A DNA stretch of 64,000 bases from Candidatus Latescibacterota bacterium (lineage in GTDB: Bacteria > Latescibacterota > UBA2968 > GCA-2709665): NCBI GenBank assembly GCA_963662665.2, contig CAXXJS010000017.1, positions 25,556 to 89,555 of the forward strand, in the 5' to 3' direction. This document shows positions 36,755 to 46,836 of this stretch, one piece after another. Under the pieces are notes generated by a model. That model was not told the DNA's origin. It saw nothing but the letters and a program-made list of their open reading frames with translations, and did no database searches. Made by a program: the position numbers and the translations under genes. The stretch's first letter is position 1, and every line of letters begins with the position of its first letter.

Positions 36755-38341
36755 TTAAAACTTCGCCTTTCGTGCCCACAGAAACTGAGGCGAACCCGCG
36801 ATACGATTCAGCACGGCGTCCGATGCCGGTGAATCGAGGCTGATTACCATGATGGCCTGTCCGCCCCTGTTGTCTCGCCCCAGCGCCATATCGGCGATAT
36901 TCAGTTTCTCCTCGGCCAGCAGCGAGCCGATCCAGCCCACCACGCCGGGAACGTCCCGGTTGCAGCAGATCAGCACGTCGCCTTCCAGTTTGGCCTTCAC
37001 CTCGAACCTGTCGATACGCACCACCCGGGCGTCGCTGCTGCCGAATACGGTAGCCGAAATCGATGTTTTACCCGCCGACGTTTCGTAATGCACCGTCATC
37101 AGATTGGTATAGTCCTTGTGGGCGCTGCTGCGTGTCTCGTCTATCTTCACCCCGCGCTTTTGCGCAAAGAGATGCGCGTTCACGTAGGTTACGAGTTCAT
37201 CCGTCAGATTCGTAATGGCCCCCTTCAGGACCGCTGCCGTCATCGGCGACGTTGCAAATTCCAGCATATCTCCGTGATACTCGATCGCAATTCGACGCAG
37301 ACTGCCCCGGCTCAACTGTGCCTGCAGCGCACCCACCTTCTCGGCCAGCAACAGATACGGACGGACGTCCTCGTAAAGCGACGGATCCACCGAAGGCATA
37401 TTCACCGCGCGCTGGGCCGGCCTGTCCATCAGGACCTCCAGGACGTCCTGCGCGATCTGGCGGGCCACGCGCTCCTGCGCCTCCAGGGTTGAAGCGGCCA
37501 GATGCGGCGTGCAGATCACCTCGCGCCGCCGCAGGAGTGGATGATCCCTTGGCGGCGGTTCTTCCTCGTACACGTCCAGCGCCGCTCCCGCGGCCCTGCC
37601 CGATTCGATCGCTTTCAGAAGCGCCGCCTCGTCGATCAGCCCGCCCCGCGCGCAGTTGAGAACGCGTACCCCGGGTTTGCATTTATCCAGCGACGCCGCC
37701 GAAATCAGATGCCGAGTGGTCTCCATCAGCGGCGTATGGAGCGTAATATAGTCCGACGCCGCGTATATCTCTTCCAGAGAAACCAGCCTCACCTGGAATC
37801 TGGACGCCATTTCGTCGGAGAGAAAGGGGTCGTAACCCAGGGTCGTCATCCCCAGAGCCCTGGCCAGACGGGCGACGTGCTGTCCCACCCGGCCCACGCC
37901 GATAATCCCCAGCACCTTCCCGTTCAACTCCACGCCGGTATAGGACTTCCGCTCCCACGCCCCGCGCTTCAGCGAAGCGGTCGCCTGCGGAATATTGCGG
38001 CTCAGCGCCAGCAGCATCCCCACCGTATGCTCGGCCGTTGCGGTCGTATTGCCTCCGGGAGAGTGTACCACCACTACGCCCCGCTCCGTCGCGGCGCCGA
38101 CGTCGATATTGTCTACTCCGACTCCCGCGCGGCCCACCACGCGCAGCCGCCGCGCCTCATCCAGCAACGCCCGGTCCACCCGGGTTTCGCTTCGAATAAT
38201 CATCCCGTCATAGGCGCGGATTTCACGCGCCAGCGCCTTCGCCGAAAGGCCCGTCCGGACGTCCACCCGGACGTCCGGGGCATCCGCGAATACGTCTTGC
38301 CAGCCACGAGACAACGTATCTGCGATCAGAACCCGCTTCAT
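36755..38341 (-). CDS. serA: D-3-phosphoglycerate dehydrogenase
   Basis: RAGVGVDNID, GVGRVG, NCARGGL, TPHLAAST, C-terminal ACT domain (N.DVPGVVG). Confidence 0.96.
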   Translation of the reverse strand: MKRVLIADTLSRGWQDVFADAPDVRVDVRTGLSAKALAREIRAYDGMIIRSETRVDRALLDEARRLRVVGRAGVGVDNIDVGAATERGVVVVHSPGGNTTATAEHTVGMLLALSRNIPQATASLKRGAWERKSYTGVELNGKVLGIIGVGRVGQHVARLARALGMTTLGYDPFLSDEMASRFQVRLVSLEEIYAASDYITLHTPLMETTRHLISAASLDKCKPGVRVLNCARGGLIDEAALLKAIESGRAAGAALDVYEEEPPPRDHPLLRRREVICTPHLAASTLEAQERVARQIAQDVLEVLMDRPAQRAVNMPSVDPSLYEDVRPYLLLAEKVGALQAQLSRGSLRRIAIEYHGDMLEFATSPMTAAVLKGAITNLTDELVTYVNAHLFAQKRGVKIDETRSSAHKDYTNLMTVHYETSAGKTSISATVFGSSDARVVRIDRFEVKAKLEGDVLICCNRDVPGVVGWIGSLLAEEKLNIADMALGRDNRGGQAIMVISLDSPASDAVLNRIAGSPQFLWARKAKF

Positions 38342-38365
38342 AGTTCACAGTCTGAAAAGAAGCTG

Positions 38366-39547
38366 TCAGCGATCAGCTTCAGCCGTCAGCGCGTACTGCG
38401 CGGCCTTCACACCCGCTCCCGCGTCGAACGTCCATCCGGTCTCCCGCAGACCGCATTCCAACGCCGACACCGCCTCCAGAATACCTGCATCGTCCACGTG
38501 TCCCAGGTTGGATACCCGCACCATACGGCCCCTGTAATCTCCCAGTCCGCCGCCGACCACAACGCCGCGTTCGTGTCGCATAAATTCCATTAACGCGAGG
38601 CCATCCACCTTTTCGGGCAGGACAATCGCGGTCAACGCGTTCGAAGGCGCCCGAGCGAAACAGGTCAGTCCAAGCCCCGCCGCCGATTGCCTCACCGCCT
38701 GCGCATGCCGGGCATGCCGCGCCCAGACCCGCGGGATGCCCTCCTCGCAGAGCATCTGTAGCGCCGCCCGAAGACCCTCAAGGAGCGTCACCGGCAGCGT
38801 GGCCGGCGCCCGACCCTCGGCAAGCGACGTCCTGTATTTTCCCAGATCCCAGTAGTACTTCGGAAGCAGGCAACGCTCGCGCGCTTTCCAGACCCGCGGT
38901 CCCACCGCCGCGAATCCCATCCCGGGAGGCAGCATCAGCCCCTTCTGGGAAGCCGTTACCGCCAGGTCCACGTTCCAGGTCTCAAGCGGCAGCGGGTGGG
39001 CCACCAGGCTTGAGACTCCGTCCACGACGAACAGAGCGTCCGTTTCCTCCACGACCGCGCCAATCGAGGCGACGTCGTGCAAAACGCCGGTGGACGTCTC
39101 GCTGTGTGTGGCGAATACGACCCGTATCCCCGGATCGTCCCGCAGGACATCGGCCACCACCCCTGGGTCCACCGCATCGCCCCACGGAAATCCCCGTTCA
39201 ACCACCTCTACCCCGTAAGCCCGGCAGAGGTCCGTCCACCGCGCACCGAACTGTCCCGCCTGCACAACCAGCGCGCGGTCTCCGGCGCCCAGGGTATTGG
39301 CTACCGCGGCCTCCATCACGCCGGTGCCCGAGCAGGCCAGGACGAACACGTCATAAGACGTGGGAAAGACATCTTTGAGCCCTGCGACCGCCTCGCGCAA
39401 CAGCGCCGGAAAGTCCGGACCCCGGTGGTAGACCGGGGGACCGGCCATTGCGGCCTGCACCCTTTCGGGAATGGGCGTTGGACCCGGTGTAAAGAGCCGT
39501 TGCGGCCTCATTTCAGTGCCCGTGAGGCAAACCGTTTTGTTCGACAC
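38366..39547 (-). CDS. Class V PLP aminotransferase (alanine-glyoxylate/serine type)
   Basis: FTPGPT, SGTGVMEAA, HSETSTG, VDGVSS, SQKGLMLPPG; adjacent to serA, so possibly the serC substitute. Confidence 0.9.
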   Translation of the reverse strand: MSNKTVCLTGTEMRPQRLFTPGPTPIPERVQAAMAGPPVYHRGPDFPALLREAVAGLKDVFPTSYDVFVLACSGTGVMEAAVANTLGAGDRALVVQAGQFGARWTDLCRAYGVEVVERGFPWGDAVDPGVVADVLRDDPGIRVVFATHSETSTGVLHDVASIGAVVEETDALFVVDGVSSLVAHPLPLETWNVDLAVTASQKGLMLPPGMGFAAVGPRVWKARERCLLPKYYWDLGKYRTSLAEGRAPATLPVTLLEGLRAALQMLCEEGIPRVWARHARHAQAVRQSAAGLGLTCFARAPSNALTAIVLPEKVDGLALMEFMRHERGVVVGGGLGDYRGRMVRVSNLGHVDDAGILEAVSALECGLRETGWTFDAGAGVKAAQYALTAEADR

Positions 39548-39555
39548 GCGTGGGT

Positions 39556-40143
39556 TTACCGTTCGATGACGTCACGAATCCACTTCCAGACGGCAAGTCG
39601 ACCCTGGCCCGACGCCGCGGAGAAAGACACGAAATCGAACTCGCCCAGTTGGGAAAGCAGGTTCCGCGTCCGGTCCAGCCGGGACTTTTTCCGACTTCCC
39701 GGGAGCTTATCCGCCTTTGTGGCAACCACCAGGAACGGCCGACCGAACTGCATGAGCCATCCGGCCATCTCCACGTCGCGCGCCGTTGGATCGTGGCGGG
39801 CGTCCATAAGATGCAGGATGCCTCGCAATGACGTCCGCGACTCCAGATACCCGTTGATCAGATCCGCCCACTGGCGACGTTCCTGATGCCCTCGTTTTGC
39901 GTAACCGTACCCTGGCAGGTCCACGAAATGCAACGCCTCGTTGACCCGGAAGTAGTTCAGGGTACGCGTTTTCCCGGGTGTTTTGCTGGTGAGGGCCAGT
40001 TGTCTGCGGTTCAACAACCGGTTCAGCAGGGAGGATTTCCCCACGTTCGAACGGCCTGCAAACGCAATTTCCGGAAGCCCTTCCTCAGGAAGACCGTCCG
40101 GATGGACCACACTGGTGACAAAATCGGCCGAACGGATCTGCAT
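39556..40143 (-). CDS. engB: Ribosome biogenesis GTPase YihA/YsxC
   Basis: GRSNVGKSS, SKTPGKT, DLPGYG, TKADK; follows clpX. Confidence 0.95.
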   Translation of the reverse strand: MQIRSADFVTSVVHPDGLPEEGLPEIAFAGRSNVGKSSLLNRLLNRRQLALTSKTPGKTRTLNYFRVNEALHFVDLPGYGYAKRGHQERRQWADLINGYLESRTSLRGILHLMDARHDPTARDVEMAGWLMQFGRPFLVVATKADKLPGSRKKSRLDRTRNLLSQLGEFDFVSFSAASGQGRLAVWKWIRDVIER

Positions 40144-40237
40144 AACGGGCAACCGGGGTCGTAAATATCCGTAGACACATAGAAAACCGGGGCAATGCAC
40201 CCCGGTTCCGAAGGCGACTGAAAGGATGGAGCCGAGC

Positions 40238-41479
40238 CTATGCGCTCTTTTTTCCTTCGATGTGAAGTTGGGGTTTGGATCGGCCGGCCACCATCTCTTT
40301 CGTGACCACAACCCGCTCCCGCTCCGGATTGGCGGGGATGTCGTACATCAGATCGATCATGACGTCCTCCAGAACGGATCGTAATCCCCTGGCGCCCGTG
40401 CCTTTCCGGACGGTTCGACGTACAACCTCGTTCAGGGCGGCGTCTTCGAATTCCAGGTCGGCGCCATCCATTTCGAAGAGTTTCTTGTACTGTTTGGTTA
40501 TCGCGTTCTTCGGCTCGGTCAGTATCTTGTACAGGGCCCGCTCATCGAGGTCGCTGAGGGAGCATGTAATGGGCAGCCTGCCGACCAGTTCCGGAATGAG
40601 GCCGTATCTGATGAGGTCCTCGGGCTCCACCTCCGCGAACAGCTCGCCCGCGTTCCGTTTTTCCCCGGGGCTGTCCTTCGCGCCAAACCCGATGGTCTTT
40701 TTGCCGATCCGGTTGCTGATGATTTCTTCGAGGCCGTTGAATGCCCCGCCGCAGATAAACAGAATATTCCGCGTATTCACCTGGATCAGGGGCTGCTCGG
40801 GGTGTTTGCGGCCGCCCTTGGGAGGTATGCTGGCCACGGTGCCTTCCAGAATTTTCAGCAGGGCCTGCTGCACGCCTTCCCCGGATACGTCGCGGGTAAT
40901 TGAGGGATTGGCCGATTTCCTCGAAACCTTATCCACCTCGTCCAGGTAGAGAATGCCCATCTCAGCCTGCGCCACGTCGTAGTCGGCCGCCTGCAACAGA
41001 CGGACCAGGATGTTCTCCACGTCTTCGCCCACGTATCCCGCTTCAGTCAGAATCGTTGCGTCCGCGATGGAAAACGGAACGTCCAGGATCCGCGCGAGCG
41101 TCTGGGCGAGCAGGGTTTTCCCTGTGCCGGTGGGACCGACCAGCAGAATATTGCTCTTTTCGAGTTCGACGTCGTCCGTAACGACCCGGGAACGGATGCG
41201 TTTATAGTGATTGTATACGGCCACGGAAAGTGTACGCTTGGCCGCCTCCTGCCCGATCACATAGTCGTCGAGCCTTTTCTTGATTGTCGCCGGTTTGGGA
41301 AGCTTCTGGCGGGACGAAACCGGCTTCTGCCGGGAGTCCTCCTGCAGCACTTCGTTGCACAGCTTGACGCAATCGCTGCAAATGTGTACCGACGTTCCCG
41401 TAATGATCTTATCGACCTGATCGTTACCCTTGTCGCAAAAAGAGCACCGGACCTCTTCCCGTGAAGTTCGTCGTTTCAT
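40238..41479 (-). CDS. clpX: ATP-dependent Clp protease ATP-binding subunit
   Basis: CSFC zinc finger, [29 protein letters not shown] and IGF loops. Confidence 0.98.
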   Translation of the reverse strand: MKRRTSREEVRCSFCDKGNDQVDKIITGTSVHICSDCVKLCNEVLQEDSRQKPVSSRQKLPKPATIKKRLDDYVIGQEAAKRTLSVAVYNHYKRIRSRVVTDDVELEKSNILLVGPTGTGKTLLAQTLARILDVPFSIADATILTEAGYVGEDVENILVRLLQAADYDVAQAEMGILYLDEVDKVSRKSANPSITRDVSGEGVQQALLKILEGTVASIPPKGGRKHPEQPLIQVNTRNILFICGGAFNGLEEIISNRIGKKTIGFGAKDSPGEKRNAGELFAEVEPEDLIRYGLIPELVGRLPITCSLSDLDERALYKILTEPKNAITKQYKKLFEMDGADLEFEDAALNEVVRRTVRKGTGARGLRSVLEDVMIDLMYDIPANPERERVVVTKEMVAGRSKPQLHIEGKKSA

Positions 41480-41540
41480 AAGTCACCCGTGGTGCCGCGA
41501 AGGCCGGTTTCCTGCGATTTCGTCGCCGCGCCTGCGCGTT

Positions 41541-42155
41541 TTACTCATCGTCGTCGATCACGAGACTTTCGTCTTTGCTGGGCACCAGCACCTCGTCGAT
41601 CAGACCGTACTTAAGGGCTTCGGCGGCCGACATGAAGAAATCCCGATCGGCATCTTTAGCAACGCGCTCGATCGGTTGCCCGGTCTGTTCCGACAGAATC
41701 TCGTTGAGCCTGTCGCGCCACTGGAGAATCTCTTTGGCGTGGCGTTCCACGTCGGAAGCCTGGCCGCCCGCGCCGCCCATGGGTTGATGGACCAGGATAC
41801 GGGAATTCGGCAGGGCCCGCCGCTGCCCCTTCGTGCCTCCCGCAAGAAGTACGGCGGCCATGCTGAACGCCTGGCCGACGCAAACCGTTTCGACTTCGTT
41901 GGGTACGTATTGCATGGTATCGTAAATGGCCAGCCCCGCCGTTATGCTGCCCCCGGGCGAATTGATGTACAGCCGAATCGTCTTATCCGGTGATTCCGAA
42001 CTGCAAAACAGCATCTGTGCGATTACCAGGTTCGCAATGGTGTCGTTTACCGGAAACCCGATAAAGATAATATTGTCCCTGAGAAGACGCGAGAAAATAT
42101 CGTAGGACCGTTCGCCGCGCCCCGTCTGCTCCAATACCATGGGTACAAGTGCCAT
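41541..42155 (-). CDS. clpP: Clp protease proteolytic subunit
   Basis: [25 protein letters not shown]. Confidence 0.98.
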   Translation of the reverse strand: MALVPMVLEQTGRGERSYDIFSRLLRDNIIFIGFPVNDTIANLVIAQMLFCSSESPDKTIRLYINSPGGSITAGLAIYDTMQYVPNEVETVCVGQAFSMAAVLLAGGTKGQRRALPNSRILVHQPMGGAGGQASDVERHAKEILQWRDRLNEILSEQTGQPIERVAKDADRDFFMSAAEALKYGLIDEVLVPSKDESLVIDDDE

Positions 42156-42195
42156 AAGTTTCTATTCTCCCTCACTTTCCGATCCCGGATCCATA

Positions 42196-43503
42196 TCACG
42201 GGCCATCCGGCTTTGCCTCCACGTCCTCAATTTCCGCATGTTGAATCAGGAAGTCGAACGTTTTTTCCGTCAGCAGGTTCGATTCGATTCTCTCGATCTG
42301 ATCCGACCGCTTCAGTATCTGGCGGAGCTGCTTGGGTTCCGTATTGTATTGACGCGCCATGCCGTCCAGGTGACGGTCCATTTCCGCCTCTTCCACAACC
42401 AGACCTTCCTGTTTCTGAATGGCCTCCAATAGTAAATGACGCTTCAACCCGCGAATGGTGCCCTCCCTGCTGTCCCGGCGAAACGCTTCTTCATCGATAT
42501 CGTGATCGTGTCCCTCGTGTTCCTTCTTGTGGTCTTCAAACAGGCTGTTCAGAGCGTTCTCGACCATAATCTCAGGCAGATCAAAATCGTTGCTTCGAAT
42601 CAGTTCGTCTACAATGTGGCCTTCGAGGTAGCGCCGGGAGCCGAAATCGGCCTGCGCCTGCAGGTCCGTCCGGATCTGGGTCCTGAGTTCGTCCAGCGAT
42701 CCGAACTGGCCCTGGTCCCTGGCGAATTCGTCGTCCAGTTCCGGCAGCTTGCGTTCCCTGACCTCCGTGGCGGAAACCATCATGCGGACCTCCCGGCCCT
42801 CCTGATGTTGTGAGCCGTGAGCGTGACCTTCGTGTTCGGCTTCCTCCGTATGGATCAGCCGAATCTGCCGGGTTTCGCCCGAGGAAATGCCCACCAGCTG
42901 GTTGTCGAGGTCGTGATTGGCATTCCTGCCGCCAATATGAATCGGGCGTTCTTCCTGTTTTCGGCCGATAATCGGCAACCCGTTCTCATCCAGTTCCTGA
43001 AGGTCCGCAACGACAACGTCTCCCAATTCGGCAGGCCTGTCGACTTCCTGCTCCGTGGCGTTCTGCTCCCGCACGCGCTGGAGCTGCTCCTCTACGTCGG
43101 CGTCGGCCACGTCGAATACGGGTCGAGTGGTTTTCATGCCCTTGTAGTCCTGAACGGCGATCTCCGGTTTTATATCAACCGAAGCCGTGAATTTGAGCGG
43201 GTGGCCCTCCTCGAAGTTCACGTCTTCGATGGTGGCTTCGGAGATCGGAGTCAACCCCTCCGATCTGCTGGCGTCGCGGTAATACTCCTGGATCACCTCC
43301 TGCAGGACCTCGCCCTGAATCATCTTTCCAAACCGCTTCTTGACCAGGTTTACAGGTATCTTGCCCTTTCGAAAACCGGGTAAATTCAATGATTTACTGT
43401 AATTTTTATACGCGGTCTCGAACCGTCGACGCACGTCTTCGCCAGGCACCTCGACTTCGAGCTTCCGGCGCCACGTGTCCGACTCTGAAACGGTCACCTT
43501 CAT
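42196..43503 (-). CDS. tig: Trigger factor
   Basis: PGFRKGK ribosome-binding motif, LPELDDEFA; tig-clpP-clpX synteny. Confidence 0.96.
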   Translation of the reverse strand: MKVTVSESDTWRRKLEVEVPGEDVRRRFETAYKNYSKSLNLPGFRKGKIPVNLVKKRFGKMIQGEVLQEVIQEYYRDASRSEGLTPISEATIEDVNFEEGHPLKFTASVDIKPEIAVQDYKGMKTTRPVFDVADADVEEQLQRVREQNATEQEVDRPAELGDVVVADLQELDENGLPIIGRKQEERPIHIGGRNANHDLDNQLVGISSGETRQIRLIHTEEAEHEGHAHGSQHQEGREVRMMVSATEVRERKLPELDDEFARDQGQFGSLDELRTQIRTDLQAQADFGSRRYLEGHIVDELIRSNDFDLPEIMVENALNSLFEDHKKEHEGHDHDIDEEAFRRDSREGTIRGLKRHLLLEAIQKQEGLVVEEAEMDRHLDGMARQYNTEPKQLRQILKRSDQIERIESNLLTEKTFDFLIQHAEIEDVEAKPDGP

Positions 43504-43568
43504 GACGATCGGTATCCTTCCAATGCGCCGTTGCCTTCACCGTAACTTTCAGAACGATCCAAGCGCAA

Positions 43569-43597
43569 ATGATACATAAATGCAGCGGAATTGTCAA
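43569..43597 (-). promoter_or_regulatory. Sigma70-type promoter of tig-clpP-clpX
   Basis: TTGACA-17 nt-TATCAT. Confidence 0.7.
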
Positions 43598-43740
43598 TCC
43601 GTTTGCCGCAACTCCGGCGCAGCGCGAAGACCGCCGGGGATGTTAAAAAAGCTTCTTGGCGACGGGAACTGACGCCGGCCTCAAAAAAAATCCGGACACT
43701 ACTCCTGCCCGGATCCGTTCGACGTCTGTGAGCCGTACGC

Positions 43741-45678
43741 TCAGGAGGTCACCGACTCCCGTACGTCGGGCGCGGCAATGATCTTCCGAATGGCGTCCTC
43801 TTCGGAGCCACAGCATCCATTGTCCTCGTGGCTGCCGTTTATAACCGGAAGTTCGAGTTCGCCGGTTTCAGTTTCCCGGACCCTCAGCGTGTGGTCCGTC
43901 TCCGGCAATGGCATGTCGCGGTTGCCCGCATAGATGGGATGCCTGCCCATGGTTTTGAACCAGTCGGACGTGGTGGCGGTCATATGCATATTCTCTATAA
44001 TCTGACGCCAGCCGATCCCCGTGTTATACGCGCAGAATGAGATCTCCCCTTCCTGGGTGCCGTACGGGATCACGCACATTTCCGTCCGGCGGAAATCGTA
44101 GGTCCACAGATCCTGGAACCACATCCCGCCAACCCACATAATACGCCACTGCCTGTCGGCGGGCCTCGGACCGCCGCTGATGGATCCGCCCACCCTGCGG
44201 TCCAGAATCCGCGCAAGATCCGGAAGTCCGAACCCGGCCGGCGCTTTCTTTTCGTTGAAATTCCGAAGCAGCGACATGCCCACCTGGAACTTGATCCATT
44301 TGGGGTCCCGCGCGGTATCCGTCATCACTTCGATGTCCTTCATAAACTGTTCCTGGTTGAAGAACTCGGTGATGGGTGCCCACTGCCTGGTCTTCTCGTT
44401 CACGATTATATGGGCCGCGGAACCGCAGTTGGGATGACAGGAGCAGGTCTGACCCCCGAATTCGACGTCCTGCCCGCGCAGGTGGTCGGCAAGCGTGGTA
44501 AACAACGTCCCCGATCCCAGCGGGTACCAGTCCCGGTGGGCGTCGATTTTCCCCCCGGACCACGTCTGCAGATCGTGAGCGAGGTGGGAAATGGTATACC
44601 GCTGCCGGTGGCGCATCTCGTCGGAGATTTCTTCGTCCCGTCCGGTAAACGAAACGGGCTGGAAGGAAATCGAACCGACCTTGTCGCTGTTATCGATGCA
44701 GAATTGGAGAATGGGCCCGACCTGTTCGTTGTTGATGGTGTTCAGGACCGTCGTGACCGGCGTGATATCGATTCCGGCGCGGGAGAGGTTCTCCATTGCC
44801 AGCAGCTTGGCGTCGAACAGGTTGGAAATGTGACGATGCTGGTTGGCCGCATTCGTTACACCGTCGAATTGCAGATAGGCCATGTCGAAACCGGCCGCCT
44901 TCGCTTCGAAAGCGAATTCCGGTTCTTCGGCAAAGCGTATCCCGTTGGTTGCGGCCTGCACACACCAGTATCCGACCTCTTTGGCGTACCGGCACGCATC
45001 CAGGAAATGCGGCGAAATCGTGGGTTCTCCGCCAGAGAACTGTACTGACATCTGCCGTCGTGGCTTGAAGGAGATCGATGCGTCCAGGATCCGTTTCACG
45101 TCGTCCATTGTGAGTTCGTGGACGTAACCCACCTGGTTCGCGTCCATGAAACAGGGATTACACATCATATTGCAGCGGTTGGTCAGGTCGATCGTGAGCA
45201 CGGCTCCCCGCCCGTACTTGATGCTGGACGTTCCGTGCCGGTGCACGTGCGCGTCCCCCCAGGTGCTGTAATCGCGCCCGGGAAAACGCCCCTCGATCAG
45301 GCGTGTAAACTCCGGATCGATTGACAATACGTCTTCAAACGGGCCGTGGACCGAGCACGTTTTGCGCATCAGAATACAACCGTTTTCCTCGAGGATCTGC
45401 GCTTTGATTTCTCCGGGATTGCCGTGTACCAGTTCTCCGATGTCCCGCGTGCCTTCAATGATGGCCGTCCGCACCTCCTTCACGCAATCCGGGCAAAGCG
45501 AATCGGTCTCGCGCGGAAACCCCAGCGTGGGCATCGATCGCTGATAACTCTTCAAAAGAGGCGCCGAAGCCCAGGCAGGTTGGAATGGTTGACCCTCGGG
45601 GAGCCTTGTATTCACGCTCTGGAAGGCATTCCAGGCGACGTTTGCAGCCCCTGAAACGACGCGGTCACGAAAACTCAT
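43741..45678 (-). CDS. Radical SAM enzyme, tetraether synthase (Tes/GDGT-MAS, MJ0619)-like family
   Basis: N-terminal SLCPDC...KTCSVHG metal site, DLTNRCNMMCNPCF, QFSGGEPT, YLQFDG, FQPVSFTGR, CSCHPNCG, FQDLWTYD.RR..C.I.Y....ISFCAYN. Confidence 0.85.
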   Translation of the reverse strand: MSFRDRVVSGAANVAWNAFQSVNTRLPEGQPFQPAWASAPLLKSYQRSMPTLGFPRETDSLCPDCVKEVRTAIIEGTRDIGELVHGNPGEIKAQILEENGCILMRKTCSVHGPFEDVLSIDPEFTRLIEGRFPGRDYSTWGDAHVHRHGTSSIKYGRGAVLTIDLTNRCNMMCNPCFMDANQVGYVHELTMDDVKRILDASISFKPRRQMSVQFSGGEPTISPHFLDACRYAKEVGYWCVQAATNGIRFAEEPEFAFEAKAAGFDMAYLQFDGVTNAANQHRHISNLFDAKLLAMENLSRAGIDITPVTTVLNTINNEQVGPILQFCIDNSDKVGSISFQPVSFTGRDEEISDEMRHRQRYTISHLAHDLQTWSGGKIDAHRDWYPLGSGTLFTTLADHLRGQDVEFGGQTCSCHPNCGSAAHIIVNEKTRQWAPITEFFNQEQFMKDIEVMTDTARDPKWIKFQVGMSLLRNFNEKKAPAGFGLPDLARILDRRVGGSISGGPRPADRQWRIMWVGGMWFQDLWTYDFRRTEMCVIPYGTQEGEISFCAYNTGIGWRQIIENMHMTATTSDWFKTMGRHPIYAGNRDMPLPETDHTLRVRETETGELELPVINGSHEDNGCCGSEEDAIRKIIAAPDVRESVTS

Positions 45679-45788
45679 CTGCAGATCCCTTCATTAATAT
45701 ACCACAATGACCCGGTTGCCACATTGTGTAACGTAAGCTTTCGGCGGAACAATGAATTAATAAGATTCATAAGGCCTAAGGCAAAGAG

Positions 45789-45816
45789 AATATAAACAAA
45801 AATAACGTATCGTCAA
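45789..45816 (-). promoter_or_regulatory. Sigma70-type promoter for the Tes-like gene
   Basis: TTGACG-16 nt-TATATT; downstream palindrome ATGAAT-N7-ATTCAT at 45752-45770. Confidence 0.5.
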
Positions 45817-45834
45817 GCGCTACCTGTCCATCAG

Positions 45835-46614
45835 TTACACTCGCTGTAGCACAATTCGTTTCATATTTTCTCCGAAGATCCTCGCGCGCTGCCGAGGGGT
45901 AATCGCGGCTCCCAGTACCTTGCCCACCCCCGCCTCCATTGCGACGTCGGTTGCAAACAGCACGCGGCCCGCCCCAAGCTGGCTCACCGCCATCTCAATG
46001 AAGCCGTCGTCGTTCAGGCTCCCGCTGGTATCCACGTAGACATTCGATACCTCCCGGAGCGTTTTGATCGCCCACTCCCAGTCGCCAACGATCGGATGCC
46101 CCTCTATAACGACGGCTTCCGGATAGAGTCGCGCGAGCCGCGCAAAATCCCCGCTGTCCGAGCGATACGTCTGCCATGACCTGCCGGACACCGGCGTCTG
46201 CTTTCCCCCGTGGTGCAGAATCGGCACGCCCAGATCGATGCAACGTTCCACGATCGGCAACACCAGGGGATCCCAGCACTTGCATTGATTATAGAGCTTT
46301 ACGCCCATCATTCCGTATTTCAGAATACACCGGTCGATTTCATCACGCGCCGCGCGTTGAAACCGGGGATCCAGAAACACGTACCCCAGAATGCGTCCTG
46401 GAAACCGCCGCATGGCGTACAGGACGCTATCGTTCACCTCGCGCATGCCGTCAGGGCGGCGGGTATCCAACCCCTGAATCGGTATCGAACAGCAAAGCTG
46501 ATCGATTTCCAGCCGATCGGCGGCATCGATCACCACCCGGTCGTCGGTCCATTTGCCACGCCATCCCACGGATGCCAGATTACCGGCGACGTGCATATGT
46601 GCGTCGATCCGCAT
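45835..46614 (-). CDS. Amidohydrolase family protein (Amidohydro_2)
   Basis: IDAHMH, GVKLY, PILHH, VYVDTSG, FATD, IFGEN. Confidence 0.88.
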   Translation of the reverse strand: MRIDAHMHVAGNLASVGWRGKWTDDRVVIDAADRLEIDQLCCSIPIQGLDTRRPDGMREVNDSVLYAMRRFPGRILGYVFLDPRFQRAARDEIDRCILKYGMMGVKLYNQCKCWDPLVLPIVERCIDLGVPILHHGGKQTPVSGRSWQTYRSDSGDFARLARLYPEAVVIEGHPIVGDWEWAIKTLREVSNVYVDTSGSLNDDGFIEMAVSQLGAGRVLFATDVAMEAGVGKVLGAAITPRQRARIFGENMKRIVLQRV

Positions 46615-46652
46615 ATCCACAGCTCCTATCGAGCAGTCCCTGTTCCAAAAAC

Positions 46653-46681
46653 TTGACGCTCCTGTTCCCAATACCTATTAT
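46653..46681 (+). promoter_or_regulatory. Sigma70-type promoter
   Basis: TTGACG-17 nt-TATTAT upstream of the acetamidase-like gene. Confidence 0.65.
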
Positions 46682-46836
46682 GCCTCTTCAGGATTGGTTT
46701 ATCAAGCGGTTTCAGCGCGTTTACAGTTTCATCCGGGTCAGATCGATACCCCGGCGAGGCGACCCGGAACACCAGGACGGTGGTGCGAAACGGCGGTTTA
46801 AAATGCGTCGCCGCACTCCGGAACAGGAGATTTCTT

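Noticed and set aside
24443-36843. Long plus-strand ORFs such as 24443-26110, 26429-27913, 35122-36843
   Set aside because: Antisense to gltB and purA; no protein-family signal.
43504-43740. Expected tRNA upstream of tig
   Set aside because: No cloverleaf or T-loop/CCA found; only a promoter and short hairpins.
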